A stretch of 63,124 nt of DNA, filler included, from Octopus bimaculoides (lineage: Eukaryota): NCBI RefSeq assembly GCF_001194135.2. It is 4 parts of 4 records of this genome, joined end to end, with 100 filler letters (N's around TTAATTAATTAA, not from the genome) between each part and the next. Parts side by side here need not be neighbours in the genome. Positions count along the whole stretch, not along the records: positions 1 to 23,293 come from NC_068989.1; positions 23,394 to 48,936 come from NC_069002.1; 2 more parts are not named here. One strand, given 5' to 3'. Positions 12,326 through 24,825 of the stretch are shown here, one piece after another (within the stretch, counting starts at the first letter, position 1; every line of letters starts with the position of its first letter). Made by a program: the position numbers and the translations under genes. The notes beneath the pieces were generated by a model. It had not been told where the DNA came from, searched no databases, and saw only the letters and a list, made by a program, of their open reading frames with translations.

Positions 12326-13066
12326 TTAGCAGACAAAAATTCCCTTTACTCATACTTTAGTATGTACATCCAGTTGTAATTGAGTTGGCACTATTAGACT
12401 CATCATTCTCTTAGTCTTTTAGTGAATCCTGTGAGCATGTTTCATATTCGAAACTTGTAGAAATTTTAAAAAGCCCACAGAACCTGTTGGTCTAGTCTTT
12501 CCCTGTGTATTAGAGAATGAAGCTAATCCCATATACCATTCCATCCGAAAATTCTTTGGGATGGACTCTGCCATGTCCTTGTTTGTCCCTGTAGGATCTG
12601 CTGGACTGTCTTCTAGATTATTCTTGGTATATTCTCCCTTCATTTTCTGTATTACCATGTCACTCTTTGCTTTCCTTTTTGCCTTTCACCTTTACTATGT
12701 TAAGCCTACAATATGTATCTTGTTATTTCTCTAATTTTAGAATCAATAAATTGTATTTTTATGCAGAAGGCTGCAGGTTTCTCACGACCTGTGTTAACAT
12801 CATAAAGTAATCTCTAACAAACACAAAGGCTTAACTCTAAGACCAGGTAAGAAAAATGGAAATGGGAAGCATTACCTGATCGTTATGACCTCAAATATGT
12901 CCTAAGAGGGAACCCCCACTTACTAGAAATAGCAGTCAAATTCACCTCAAAGCACACTTAAAAGAAAGAAGGGCACTTTGGATAATGAAGTTTGAAATAT
13001 CTAAATCAAGACTTGTTAACACTGTTCCCTTTAAGTTGTGCATTTGGAAAGGAAATAAAATATGTA

Positions 13067-13239
13067 GGCGTAGGAGTGGGTGTGTTGTAAGTAGTTTGCT
13101 TACCAACTACATGGTTCCGGGTTCAGTCCCACTGCATGGCACCTTGGGCAAGTGTCTTCTACTATAGCTTCGGGCCAACCAAAGCCTTGTGAGTGGATTT
13201 GGTAGGCGGAAACCGAAAGAAGCCTGTCGTATGTATGTG

Positions 13240-13272
<33 letters not shown>

Positions 13273-13476
13273 GTTTGTCCCCCCACCCCCCACCCAACAT
13301 CGCTTGACAACCGATGCTGGTGTGTTTACGTCCCTGTAACTTAGCGGTTCAGCAAAAGAGACTGATAGAATAAGTACTAGGCTTACAAAGAATAAGTCCT
13401 GGGGTCGATTTGCTCGACTAAAAGGCGGTGCTCCAGCATGGCCACAGTCAAATGACTGAAACAAGTAAAAGAGAGT
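13067..13476 (+). mobile_element. Full-length SINE family A
   Basis: Complete head, core, microsatellite and GAGTAAAAGAG-like tail. Confidence 0.9.
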
Positions 13477-14461
13477 ATAGGGTTTCCAAGATAAAATCAG
13501 ATTGTTTTAATTGGAAAACTTTGAATAGTGGTTCTTACCTGGATGCATACATACTTTACGAAGACAAAATCTGCACACAATGCAAATTTCTATGCACACC
13601 CACATTAAAAACTTAGAGGGAACAGTGTTTGTCATAGCTGAAACTTCTTCGATTATATGACATCTCAGTCAGAGCTGACATGGATCTAAAAACACCATCA
13701 CCAAGCATAACTATCAAAACAGTAAGGAAGCCACTGGTTATTTGACCTATTAAAAATAGCAGCCAAATCTATCACCACCAAATCACATCCTGTTGTCTTA
13801 AAACAACTTTGAAAATAAACAAACAGGATAAGATGGTATTAGATTAGTGGTTCTTAACCAGGGTCCATATAAGATGTTGCTGTTATAATAAATTGGTTAT
13901 ACTTCTACAGTACTCAAAATATTTTAGATTTTTTTAATATAATTCCTAATAATATTTAATTATAAAAATGTTTTTTTTTAAAACATCAAATGGCAAGAAG
14001 GGTTTATCCAAGTAAAATAAGAATCAAGGGTTCCCTAAGTCCTGAAAGAGACAGGCTGCTGAAAAATCTACCTGTTACAGCTTTACTATAAAAGGTATCT
14101 AATTGCTGAGCAAAGCAGGATCAGACGATATGAGCAACAGAGAGAGTAGAAAATTCCAGCGTCACATAACCTTAGCAGGGAGTTCCATCCAGACCTACCC
14201 TACAAGCAATAGAGTGTTCTTTGCTTGTGTTGGTCTTCTCAATCATTGCCAGACACACTGAGTCTCTGAACGTATGATTGGTTTCATGACATCGTCCATA
14301 TAGCTCATCTAACATGATGGACTAATGGTTATGAATGAAATGCCTTTAATCTAGAGTAAAACAGAAATAACATTTGTATGACATCAAGTGTAGAAAAAAG
14401 CAGAAAACTGTACAATAACAATAATAATGAGAAAAAGAACATTAGAGAAAGACAATAGAAT

Positions 14462-14467
14462 TTTATT
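14462..14467 (-). promoter_or_regulatory. Candidate PCCA polyadenylation signal AATAAA
   Basis: First AATAAA, ~145 nt downstream of the PCCA stop codon; AT-rich context weakens the inference. Confidence 0.35.
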
Positions 14468-14612
14468 AAACAGTTAAGTTGATGGATCAATGTAATTAGA
14501 GGGTTAGGGATCACCCAGTGCAGCAGATATTAATTTGCTACAAGTGCCTAAGAAGAAACAGGCGTGAATGTGGGAATTGAGGGTGAGGGTAAGAACAGCA
14601 CAAAGGCAAGCT

Positions 14613-14681
14613 TTACTCAAGTTCTACAAGAATGTCACCCTCATTGACTGTGTCACCAGCTTTGAAATCAACTTTCTTCAC
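14613..14681 (-). CDS. PCCA: Propionyl-CoA carboxylase alpha chain, terminal coding exon (VKKVDFKAGDTVNEGDILVELE*)
   Basis: CTTTACAG acceptor, 69 nt ending in TAA; matches the PCCA biotinyl-domain C-terminus. Confidence 0.95.
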   Translation of the reverse strand: MKKVDFKAGDTVNEGDILVELE

Positions 14682-15071
14682 CTGTAAAGATAAAGGGTAA
14701 AATATGAACACATTTGATAAGTTTCATTATTCATCAATACAAAGAAGCACACATGCATGCATACACATATATATAAATATATATATATTGAAAAAAAGTG
14801 TAGGTGGCATATGAGTGGGTATATATTTATAAAAAAGAAGTTTGAAAACGCCAATATATAAAAAATGAATTTTAATTTATAATTTTGTCACAGANNNNNN
14901 NNNNTTCGGTTCTTGAAAAAACGAACCTTATCAAAAATACATATTTAAAAAAATATTGTAATTAAATGAAAAGTTCATAATTGTTCCTTACTGGTGTCAA
15001 CATAGTCCACGTGGGAGCATTTTTTGTTGGTTGTAGTAGTAGTAGTAGTAGTAATGACCGTATTGGTAATG

Positions 15072-15105
<34 letters not shown>

Positions 15106-15994
15106 TTACATAATATATATTAAATTTTTAATTAAAAACAGTTCACTAATGTAAACATTATTGGTCAACCGTACATAGTGTAGGTATTTTGTTTAAATGC
15201 CCATTGTGCTGCTGAACAGCATCTGGGGAAAGCATCCTACATGATGTCAAATGATAAAGAACACTGAGTGTACCAGACCAAGTGAGACAACTCATTTTAC
15301 CATCCACTTTTCCATGCTTGCACAGGTTGGACAGTATTTGTTGAGGCAGGTTTTCAGCAGCTGGATGCCTTTTCTGTCACAAGCCCTCATCTGTTTCCAG
15401 GCAAGGTAATTTTTCTCCATAGCCAGGTATGTTTTTCATGGAAGACTGGAATAGGATGACACCACTTGTAGGTCAGTGAAATTCATTTACAACCATCATG
15501 GGAAAGCAAGACAAGGGGATATACACACACATCATGTACAAGTGTGCATGTGTGTGTGGTTGAGTCTCCTTGTCTTAACATCACAGGATAATTATGAGTG
15601 TCACTACCATACAAACACAAACCCTTATTTATAGTCTTTCATGGTAACATGTCTAGCCATGAGAAAATATTACCTTTCTTGGAAACAGGTGAGAGCTAGC
15701 AACAGGAAAAGCATCCAACCATAGAAAATCTGCCTCAATGAAAACTGTCTGGCCTTTACAAACATGGAAAAGTGAATGTTAAAACATGATAAACACACAC
15801 CTTATATATGATCTCACACAGATTTTACACATATACACATATATGTGTGTGTACAATTAGATGTAGGGTTACTACTGTATGAGATAGAGCTTCAAGTACA
15901 TTATCATTATCCAATCAGCTTCCAGTTAAGTGGTTAGTTGACCATTGTACTTAGCAGTGTTACTAGTTATGATATACAGAGCATATGTAATGGA

Positions 15995-16299
15995 AAATTA
16001 AGAGAGACACTAGTGTAAATACTTAGTTTCTACATACGTTTCAGCATTGCAGTTACTTGGAACTCAGTATTGAATGTTCTGAGTGCATTTGAATGCTTAA
16101 CTGCAATGAATCCTCAGGAAAACACTTTATTGCCTTCTGCTACAGAGAGCAAATATATATATGATAAAGTGTTCTCCTGATGGTCCATTGCAATTAGACA
16201 TTCAAATGCAGTTTGAAAATCCAATGCTGAGTTCCAAATAGTTGCAATGGTGAAACATACTTAGGAACTAAATATTTATACTGGTGTTTATCTTAACTT
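15995..16299. repeat. Fold-back element: ~136-bp imperfect inverted repeats around a 33-nt spacer (MITE-like)
   Basis: 15995-16130 aligns to the reverse complement of 16164-16299 at roughly 75-80% by eye. Confidence 0.85.
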
Positions 16300-16474
16300 T
16301 ACATTATACACACACACATATATATAATGTTATGATAAAACCACAACTCTTGTTAAATACAGCTACCCAGGGTTTCCTGGTCAAAACAATAACGTACACT
16401 GAGACAAAGACTGGGCATAAGAGGAACTAGATGTAGTATGCAAGAAAGAAAACTGCTCGGGGACAGGCAAGTGA

Positions 16475-16557
16475 TGTGTATGGATGAGGGCAGCTGTGTA
16501 TGGATGAGGGCAGCTGTGTATGGATGAGGGCAGCTGTGTATGGATGAGGGCAGCTGT
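16475..16557. repeat. Minisatellite TGTGTATGGATGAGGGCAGC x4
   Basis: Four perfect 20-bp copies. Confidence 0.97.
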
Positions 16558-16744
16558 CATTCAAACACACGTACGTACTCATGAACATACATACATACAT
16601 GACTAAAATGTATGTACGTACATATGTACAATGACTAAAACAAATAGATAACCTAAATTATTTGGTGATTTTAGATAAAGAAAATTGGAATAGTAGGCAG
16701 CACTGAACAACAAAACAACAGTTTCTAGGCAACGCAAAGCTTAC

Positions 16745-16822
16745 CTTCCCTGTTTTCCCAGCAACTAAACTGTTTTGCATTTTCATAGCTTCCAGAACAC
16801 ACAGTTCTTGACCTTCAGATAC
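16745..16822 (-). CDS. PCCA: PCCA penultimate exon ([26 protein letters not shown]) with the biotinylated lysine motif
   Basis: TTTCCAG acceptor, GTAAGC donor, 78 nt in phase 0; EAMKM biotin-attachment motif. Confidence 0.97.
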
Positions 16823-17003
16823 CTGGAAATATAAAGTACATGTATTCATAACTCTGTGTGCGCATGTGTAATTATGAAGTCAGGTGTGTATGAGAAGTGT
16901 ACATAAAAGTACATTTATTAAGACAGGTGGTGAAGGTAGAGAGAAGGAGAAAGAAGTAAAAGATTAGAGGAGGAAGTGAAATCAAAAAAATACTTTAGCT
17001 TAA

Positions 17004-17225
17004 CCCTTTTAATATTAACTTGCCTGCAACTACACGTGGTTCTATGATACAAACTTCCTGCTTAAAGTGATCTAAATTGAAACCTTCCTTCATAATATCC
17101 TACTAATTTATTTTCCAAACACCAGATTAATAATGACAGAATTATTTTGACTAAATTCTTCATTATTTTCAAAAATCATTGGAACAAAGGCAGAGTATTT
17201 CAACAAAAATATGGTAGCAAAAAGG
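17004..17225. mobile_element. piggyBac-type MITE with TTAA target duplication
   Basis: TTAA|CCCTTT at 17000-17009 and AAAAGG|TTAA at 17220-17229; termini otherwise degraded. Confidence 0.55.
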
Positions 17226-17469
17226 TTAAAGTCATCTAAAGAAAAATCTTTCAACAAAATTTTGTGTCAATTTAATATCCAAACACCAGCTTAATAATGA
17301 CAAAGAACACATTGAAATGTGGCCTCATTCATATCTATCATCATCATAAAAGTCAACTAGATTGAATAAGCCTTCACAATAACACCTTTCCACAAGAATC
17401 AATTTAATTTAACATAATAATGTCACCTGTCAGAACCATCATTCACAGTATGAATACAATACACCATCA

Positions 17470-17738
17470 ATGAAGACATACATATATCCTTATCACCAGC
17501 ATTTAACATCTATTTCCCAGGCTGGTATAGGTTGGACAGTTTGACCAGAGCTGGCAAGGAGGAGAGCTGCACCACCAGGTACCAGTCTGATTTGGCTTGG
17601 TGTCTACAGCTGGATGCCTTGCTATCACCAACCACTTTACAGTGTGCGCTGGGTGCTTTCTATGTGGCATCAGCATAGGTGTTTTTACATGGCACCAGCA
17701 CAGGAGCTTTTTACATGGTGCCAGCATGGATGTTTTTA
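17470..17738 (-). mobile_element. Repeat family C (RTE-like 3' end) remnant hosting the mariner insertion
   Basis: CTACAGCTGGATGCC...ACCACTTTACAGTGTG and tandem TTTTACATGGCACCAGCA, resuming at 19412 after the mariner. Confidence 0.65.
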
Positions 17739-19411
17739 CGAGGTGGTATCAAACAGTTCTGACTAGTTCTGAAGTGCACTAACAGATGGCAGCACATGGT
17801 TGCGTGTGCAATGACAGCTAGCAGTGACCTTCATGAAGCAGTGTATTGAGTGAAATCACTGTGTTTACTTCACAAGTTGTGAAATTTGTATTCTTGTGAT
17901 CACAAGCATGCTGTAGTCTGCAATTTTGTCATGAACAGGAAGTTGGAACAAAGAGCCAACATGAAATTTTGCATTAAACTTGGGAAGTCTGCTACAGGGG
18001 CATTGAGCATGCTTTGGAAAGCTTACAGCAATGAGGCAATGGGTTGTATGCAATGTTTCGAGTATTGCAGGAACTTCAAAAGCAGAACATTCCTGGAAGA
18101 CAATGAGTGATCTGGAAAGCCTGCCACATGTGTCATCCCCAGAAATGTGGAGAAAATTCATCAGCTTGTGCATGAAGATGGTCAGAGGACAATCAACAAT
18201 AGTGCTGGTGTTGTTGGTCTGGCGTATAGATCTGAGCAGGCAATTTTAATGTCTGAATTGAACATACAGCGTATCTTTGCCAAGTTTATCCCTTGCCTGC
18301 TGACCACCAAGCAGAAAGAACATCACAAAGTCTGTCAAAATCTCCATCAGCATGCTGTTGATGACCCACCCTTCATGTCAAGGATCATCACTGGTGATGA
18401 GAGTTAGGTCTATGGGTATGACCCTGAGATGAAGCAGCAGCCGTCACAATGGAAGAGCCCTTCATCTCCACAACTGAAGGCAGCATGGCAAAGCCACAGT
18501 TCAAACAAGAGCATGCTCATAATTTTTTTTTTTTGACATTCACGGTATTGTGCATCAAAGATTCATTCCCCAGGGTCAGACCATCAATCGAGAGTTCTAC
18601 TGCGATGTTTTGAAGCATTTGAGAAAAGACATTCAGCGAAAGTGACCAGATCTGTAGAACACGAAGAATCGGATTCTTCATGACAACGATGTCCCCTGTC
18701 ACTGAACTCTCCTCACTCCTGAGTTTCTCACCAGAAACATGTTATCAGTTCTGCACCCACCGGATTTAGCAACTGCAGACTTCCATCTCTTCCCCAAGAT
18801 GAAAATGCAGCTCAAAGGTCACCGTTTTCACACCAATGTCAAAATAAGAGCACTTGCAGAAAATGAGTTCCAGGTCAGATTCCAAAACTGGCAGGAATGC
18901 TGGGACTGGTGTATTGCTGCACATACTCTCTTTACTCTTTTGCTTGTTTCAGTCATTTGACTGTGGCCATGCTGGAGCATCGCCTTTAGTTGAGCAAATC
19001 GACCCCAGGACTTATTCTTTGGAAGCCTAGTACTTATTCTATCGGTCTCTTTTTGCCAAACCGCTAAGTTACAGGGACATAAACACACCACTGTCGGTTG
19101 TCAAGTGATGGTGGGGGGGACAAACACAGACACACATACATAATATATACGATGGGCTTCTTTTCAGTTTCCGTCTACCAAATCCACTCACAAGGCTTTG
19201 GTCGGCCCGAGGCTATAGTAGAAGACACTTGCCCAAGGTGCCATGCAGTGGGACTGAACCTGGAACCATGTGGTTGGTAAGCAAGCTACTTACCACACAG
19301 CCACTCCTGCGTCATGGTGACTATTTCAAACAAGATGATGTTAAAACGTAAGCAAATAAGTTTATTTTTTTATTAAACTTAACTAGTCTAGAACTTTTTG
19401 ACACCACCTCA
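17739..19411 (+). mobile_element. Full-length degenerate mariner in a PCCA intron
   Basis: TA TSDs (17737-17738, 19412-19413); TIRs CGAGGTGGTATCAAACAGTTCT-GACTAG vs reverse complement TGAGGTGGTGTCAAAAAGTTCTAGACTAG; transposase LEQRANMKFCIKLGKSAT...ITGDES...DLATADFHLFPKMK with stops; ~1.29 kb after removing the nested SINE. Confidence 0.92.
18925..19311 (-). mobile_element. Full-length SINE family A nested in the mariner
   Basis: Interrupts the transposase C-terminus (CIAA...GDYF). Confidence 0.9.
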
Positions 19412-21104
19412 TACATGGCACCAGCACAGGGCTCTTGCAGGCCATTCCTCCTCAGCAGCAAGAGCAGCATTAACAATTCTGCTGTGAAGGAGGAGTCTTC
19501 TTGAGTACAGTATACTTACTTCTGCTACTAACAAGAGATATTACATGTTAACATCAATATCTTTATTTTCCACCAGTAACATATGGCATTACATGCTGGT
19601 TACTACCAGCATTGTTTTAACATTTACTTTCCATGCTAGCATGGGTTACACAGTATATATTAAAGCAAATTTTCTACAGCCAAATGCCTTCTTGATTTCA
19701 ACTCTCATTTGTTCTAAGCAAGATAATATTTCCCCATGGCCAGACATACTTTTCATGCAAGACTGGAAATGAACATTTGCTTACAACCAGGCGTGGCTTC
19801 CCTACCACATTGTTCTAAGTTTAGTCCCACTGTGGCACCTTGGGCAAGTGCCTTCTATTATAACCTCAGGCTGACCAAAGCCTTGTGAGTGGATTTCATA
19901 GCTGGAAACTGAAAAAAGCCCATCATATATATATATATATATATCTGTGTGTGGCAAGACTTCCTTTTNNNNNNNNNNNNNNNNNNNNNNNNNNNNNNNN
20001 NNNNNNNNNNNNNNNNNNNNNNNNNNNNNNNNNNNNNNNNNNNNNNNNNNNNNNNNNNNNNNNNNNNNNNNNNNNNNNNNNNNNNNNNNNNNNNNNNNNN
20101 NNNNNNNNNNNNNNNNNNNNNNNNNNNNNNNNNNNNNNNNNNNNNNNNNNNNNNNNNNNNNNNNNNNNNNNNNNNNNNNNNNNNNNNNNNNNNNNNNNNN
20201 NNNNNNNNNNNNNNNNNNNNNNNNNNNNNNNNNNNNNNNNNNNNNNNNNNNNNNNNNNNNNNNNNNNNNNNNNNNNNNNNNNNNNNNNNNNNNNNNNNNN
20301 NNNNNNNNNNNNNNNNNNNNNNNNNNNNNNNNNNNNNNNNNNNNNNNNNNNNNNNNNNNNNNNNNNNNNNNNNNNNNNNNNNNNNNNNNNNNNNNNNNNN
20401 NNNNNNNNNNNNNNNNNNNNNNNNNNNNNNNNNNNNNNNNNNNNNNNNNNNNNNNNNNNNNNNNNNNNNNNNNNNNNNNNNNNNNNNNNNNNNNNNNNNN
20501 NNNNNNNNNNNNNNNTATTCATTCAACTTGCTAGAAAATGAAAAATTTCTATAAAGAGAATTTCTCTTTGAGACATTTTCCAAAGTGGAGGTCTTTCCAT
20601 GTTTGAATGCTTATGAAAGTGTTAAATATAATTGTATGCACCTGTATTTCAATCAAGGCTGCTTTGTGCATATTTAGTTAATTTTGAAAAAAAAAAAAAG
20701 AGAACATTGAATGATGAAAACCTGAGTATAATAATTATCATCATCATCATCATTTAGTGTCCATTTTCCATGTTAGCATGGGTAAGACTGTTTGACTAAA
20801 GCTGGAGAGCTGCCCCAGGCTCTAGTCTATTTTGGGTTGGTTTTTCTTTGGCTGGATGCCTTTCCTAATGCCAACCACCCCACAGAGTGTACTGGGTGCC
20901 TCTCGCGTGTTGCCGGCATGGCTGCCTCTCACATGTCTAAACAATATTTTAATGATCTTGTACAGCATACTTTTGATGACATGTATTTTCAAACAGTGTT
21001 GACTAAAAGCTAATCAATGAGACTTCAGCTCAACCATATCTAAGTTTAAGAGGAAATGGGAGGGAATCACAATCAAACAATGTTGTAAGCAGAGCAAAAC
21101 ATAC

Positions 21105-21245
21105 CGTATCACCAGCAACAACAGCAATAGACTTTAGAATGCCAGGCATTGGTGCAACAAGCATACTGCTTCGGTCAACTTCCTGTTTAACAGGCATGTA
21201 CTTCATCAGATCAGCTGCCAGTTCATCAAGTATGTTGATCTTAAA
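21105..21245 (-). CDS. PCCA: PCCA third-last exon (FKINILDELAADLMKYMPVKQEVDRSSMLVAPMPGILKSIAVVAGDT)
   Basis: CCTTGACAG acceptor, GTATGT donor, 141 nt in phase 0; APMPG motif; joins in frame to the next two exons. Confidence 0.96.
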
Positions 21246-21521
21246 CTGTCAAGGAAGAAGATTATTTTATAGTCACTTCAGATAATTTACAAATTTCAAT
21301 TGCAATCAAATATTAAATAACCTGACATTAAAAATAAACAGAAAATTTCATATATTCTTTTACTCCTGGAAAATATTTATAGATGCCTCTACCTTGGACA
21401 TTTCTTCATTATAATAGTTTATTATTGCCAGGAATGTGGCACAACTGATGTGAGGGAGTTGTTCTTCATTCAATAGACAGAACTAAATAATATTAATTAT
21501 AATAATACTTTTCTACTAATT

Positions 21522-22355
21522 AAGGTAGTGAGCTGGCAGAATCATTAGCATGCTAGGCAAAATGCTAAGTGGCATCGCATTCATTTTTATGTCCTGAGTT
21601 CAAATTCTGCTGAAAATGACTTTGCCTTTCATCCTTTCGGGGTCAAAAAAAAAAGTACCATTTAAGCATTGGAGTTGATGTACTCAACTCAACTCTTCCT
21701 TGAAAGTGCTGGCCTTGTACCAAAATTTGAAACAAATAATTATAATTTTCTAAAGGCACAAGGCCAAAAATTTTAGGTGAAGGGTTAAGTCAATAACCAG
21801 TACTCAATGGGAATTTATTTTATCAACCCCAATAGAATGAAAGGAGAAGTCAACCTCAACAAGATTTGAACTAAAAATGTAAAGAGCTGGAAGGAATGTC
21901 AAAAGCATTTTGTCCACAGCACTAACAATTCCACCAGCTTACCCATAATAATGATCATTCTGTTATAGGTACAAGGCCTGAAATTTGGGGAACTAGCTAG
22001 TTAATTAGATCGACTGTGTGCTCACCTAGTATTTATTTTATCAACCCTGAAAGGATGATAGACAAAGTCAACTCAGATGGAATTGGAACTCAGAATGAAA
22101 AACCAGAGGAAATACCACAAAGCATTTTGTCTGACATGCTTACAATTCTGCCAGCTTGCCATCTTATAATAATCCTTTCTACTAAATGCACAAAGCCTGA
22201 TATTTTGTGGGGAGGGAAATGGTCGATTATATCAACCCCAGTGTTTCACTGGTACTTAATTCATTGACTCTGAAAAGATGAAAGGCAAAGTCAACCTTGG
22301 CAGAATTTGAACTCAGAATGTGCAGATAGACAAAATACTACTCAACATTTTGCCC
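21522..22355. mobile_element. Cluster of four SINE family B copies (one plus, three minus)
   Basis: Copies at ~21522-21740 (+), 21755-21945 (-), 21960-22172 (-) and 22185-22355 (-). Confidence 0.8.
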
Positions 22356-23056
22356 AACAATTTTAGGGCAAGATGTGTTCTAAAAAGAGTAATTCATGTA
22401 AGAAAGGAAAGTGAATGCAATCCTCTATCAGCACTGCGTATACTGGTCCAGCCATTTGTGTGGGACTGTTACATCTGCCTCTTTTGAGGCCAATTGCAAG
22501 AACTTGGTTGTTGAGGCTGCCTTATCTGCTTATTTTGAAGAATACATAAGTCTAACCATTTGCTTCCCCACTTCTGTAGAAAACATGACAACTGGTATTA
22601 GTCTGTGCAGTGTTTTACAGAGTGGATTCTGCCTTTGCATGCATCTAGGTGTAAGAATCAGAGAAATGGAAGCTTGAGATGGCTTCTTGAAAGTGGTCTG
22701 CCAGACTGACAGTACGAGTGCATTCTTTGCTTGTTAGCAGAATATGTTCAACTACAATGAGGAAGAATCTCTTGCTTGAAGTTCTTGGAGAGGATCTGTA
22801 GGAAGTATCCAACACCTACGGTTGTAATAGAGGAAGTCTACAAAGACTGACTCCCCACTCCAGGCCCACATATTGACATAAGCTAATATTCAGCTTCTAA
22901 ATAATAAGCTAAAATCAAAGAGTACAGTAAGTTTCCTTTTAATAGGAATTAACATAAATAAAAAGTGGGTGGTGGAGGTGGTGGTGGTGGTGATAGAAAG
23001 CAAGTCACAGGTGGGACTTGAAACAATATTTTTGACACAATTATTAAATTTATATT

Positions 23057-23293
23057 CATCATCATCATCATCATCGTCGTTTAACGTCCGCTTTCCATGC
23101 TAGCATGGGTTGGACGATTTGACTGAGGACTGGTGAAACCGGATGGCAACACCAGGCTCCAGTCTAATTTGGCAGAGTTTCTACAGCTGGATGCCCTTCC
23201 TAACGCCAACCACTCAGAGAGTGTAGTGGGTGCTTTTACGTGTCACCCGCACGAAAACGGCCACGCTCGAAATGGTGTCTTTTATGTGCCACC
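23057..23293 (-). mobile_element. Young repeat family C copy (RTE-like 3' end with (GAT)n tail)
   Basis: (CAT)n-CGTTTAACGTCCGCTTTCCATGCTAGCATGGGTTGG...; nearly identical to 56687-56847. Confidence 0.85.
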
Positions 23294-23393
23294 NNNNNNN
23301 NNNNNNNNNNNNNNNNNNNNNNNNNNNNNNNNNNNNNTTAATTAATTAANNNNNNNNNNNNNNNNNNNNNNNNNNNNNNNNNNNNNNNNNNNN
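23294..23393. other. Artificial scaffold join (N44-TTAATTAATTAA-N44)
   Basis: Exactly 100 bp; palindromic six-frame-stop linker. Confidence 0.95.
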
Positions 23394-23901
23394 TATATAT
23401 ATATATATGTATGCTATTGTCTTCTATCTCTAGCCTTGTCTCCTGGAATCTTCTTCCTCCTTTCTGATTCTTTTCTCCTCATTTCTTAACCTGTTGTTTT
23501 TTCTTTTCTCTCTTCCTTTCTTTCGTAGCTTCTTTGGTTTTGCCGTTTCTCTCTAAACCAAAATCTCAATCTACTTGCCGCGATCACATTTTTTTCCCCT
23601 ATTATAGGCATTTGAATGCCTTTACCCCCACCCCTACCTACCTACCACCCTACCTACCCATAACTCTCCCCCTCCCTCCTCACCCCCTTATATACTTAAA
23701 TGCATATATAGGCTTCCTACACACCTATATACCTACTTACCTATTTTCCCCCCACGTATATACCTACTAACTCCATTGTTATCCTATGTCTCTGCCTTTC
23801 ACAAAAACATACACTCATAAATATATAACAACATTTGACACACATAACAACAACAACAACATCAATAACAAGAAAACAACAACAACAACAAAAACAACAG
23901 G

Positions 23902-24120
23902 ATGAATATTCTCTCAAAAATTTTTAATACACACATCACATCCCAACTGGAAGGATGCGTCTTTGCTATAAAAGAACACGAAACAGAAACCAAACACCAG
24001 ACTAATAAAATCTATAAAGATGAATCGAAGCCTCCATGTTGTGATACAAAATGTCGGTTGTGCCACGCACGATGTGGAAGCTATTATACTCAACATCAGC
24101 AGGTGACATAAATGTCCAGG
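23902..24120 (+). mobile_element. Dong/R4-clade LINE fragment
   Basis: SQLEGCVFAIKEHETETK...DTKCRLCH, resembling the region preceding the CCHC/RLE domains; follows (AAC)n. Confidence 0.6.
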
Positions 24121-24169
24121 AAACCCTACCTCCCTACGATTTTGTTGAGAAAGCTACTTACAATATGAT

Positions 24170-24825
24170 CTGCAAGGAGGGCAGGCAGCAGGTAGAATTG
24201 TTAACGCATCGGACAAAAGGCTAAACGGTATTTCGTCCGGCTTTACATTCTGAGTTCGAATTCCGCCGAGGTCGACTTTGCCTTTCATCCTTTCGAGGTC
24301 GATAAAATAAATACCAGTCGATGACTGGGTTCCATGTAAGTGACTTACCCCATCTCCAGAAATTACTGGTCTTGTGCCAAAATTTGAAATCAATATCATT
24401 TGTATTCTGGAGTGAACTGGAGCAACGTGAAATAAAGAGTCTTGCTCAAGAACGCAACACACAACCTGGTCTGGGAATCGAACTCCCAAACACTCTAACC
24501 ACTGAGCCATGTGCCTTCATTTAGGGATTGCACCTGGAAAATGACCCTCTGAGACACAAGTCCGAGCAAGGTTGTTTACGGAAGACCAGCAGCCGCTCAT
24601 GCATACCAGCTTCCCGTTTCCACACCACAAATGTTATCCAACGGAATGGCAAAGTCCGATACAGCTTGGCATCAGTGACGTCACAACTCATTTCTACTGA
24701 ACTGAAGCAACGTGAAATAAAGCGTCATGCTCGAGAGCACAACACAGCAGGGTCCGGGAATCGAACTCACTACCTCATAATTGGGAGCTCGACGCTGTAA
24801 CCATTGAGTGATGCGCCTTCACATA
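24170..24825. mobile_element. Adjacent SINEs: family B (+, ~24170-24400) and family D (-, ~24404-24522 and ~24523-24825)
   Basis: tRNA-like heads and shared GCAACGTGAAATAAAG motif. Confidence 0.75.

Noticed and set aside
19858-20583. Long ORFs spanning N gaps (also at 5.6, 8.3, 25.7, 31.5, 42.8 and 45.7 kb)
   Set aside because: Artefacts of untranslatable N runs
23338-23349. TTAATTAATTAA as a recurring biological motif
   Set aside because: Always centred in exactly 44+44 Ns; an assembly linker
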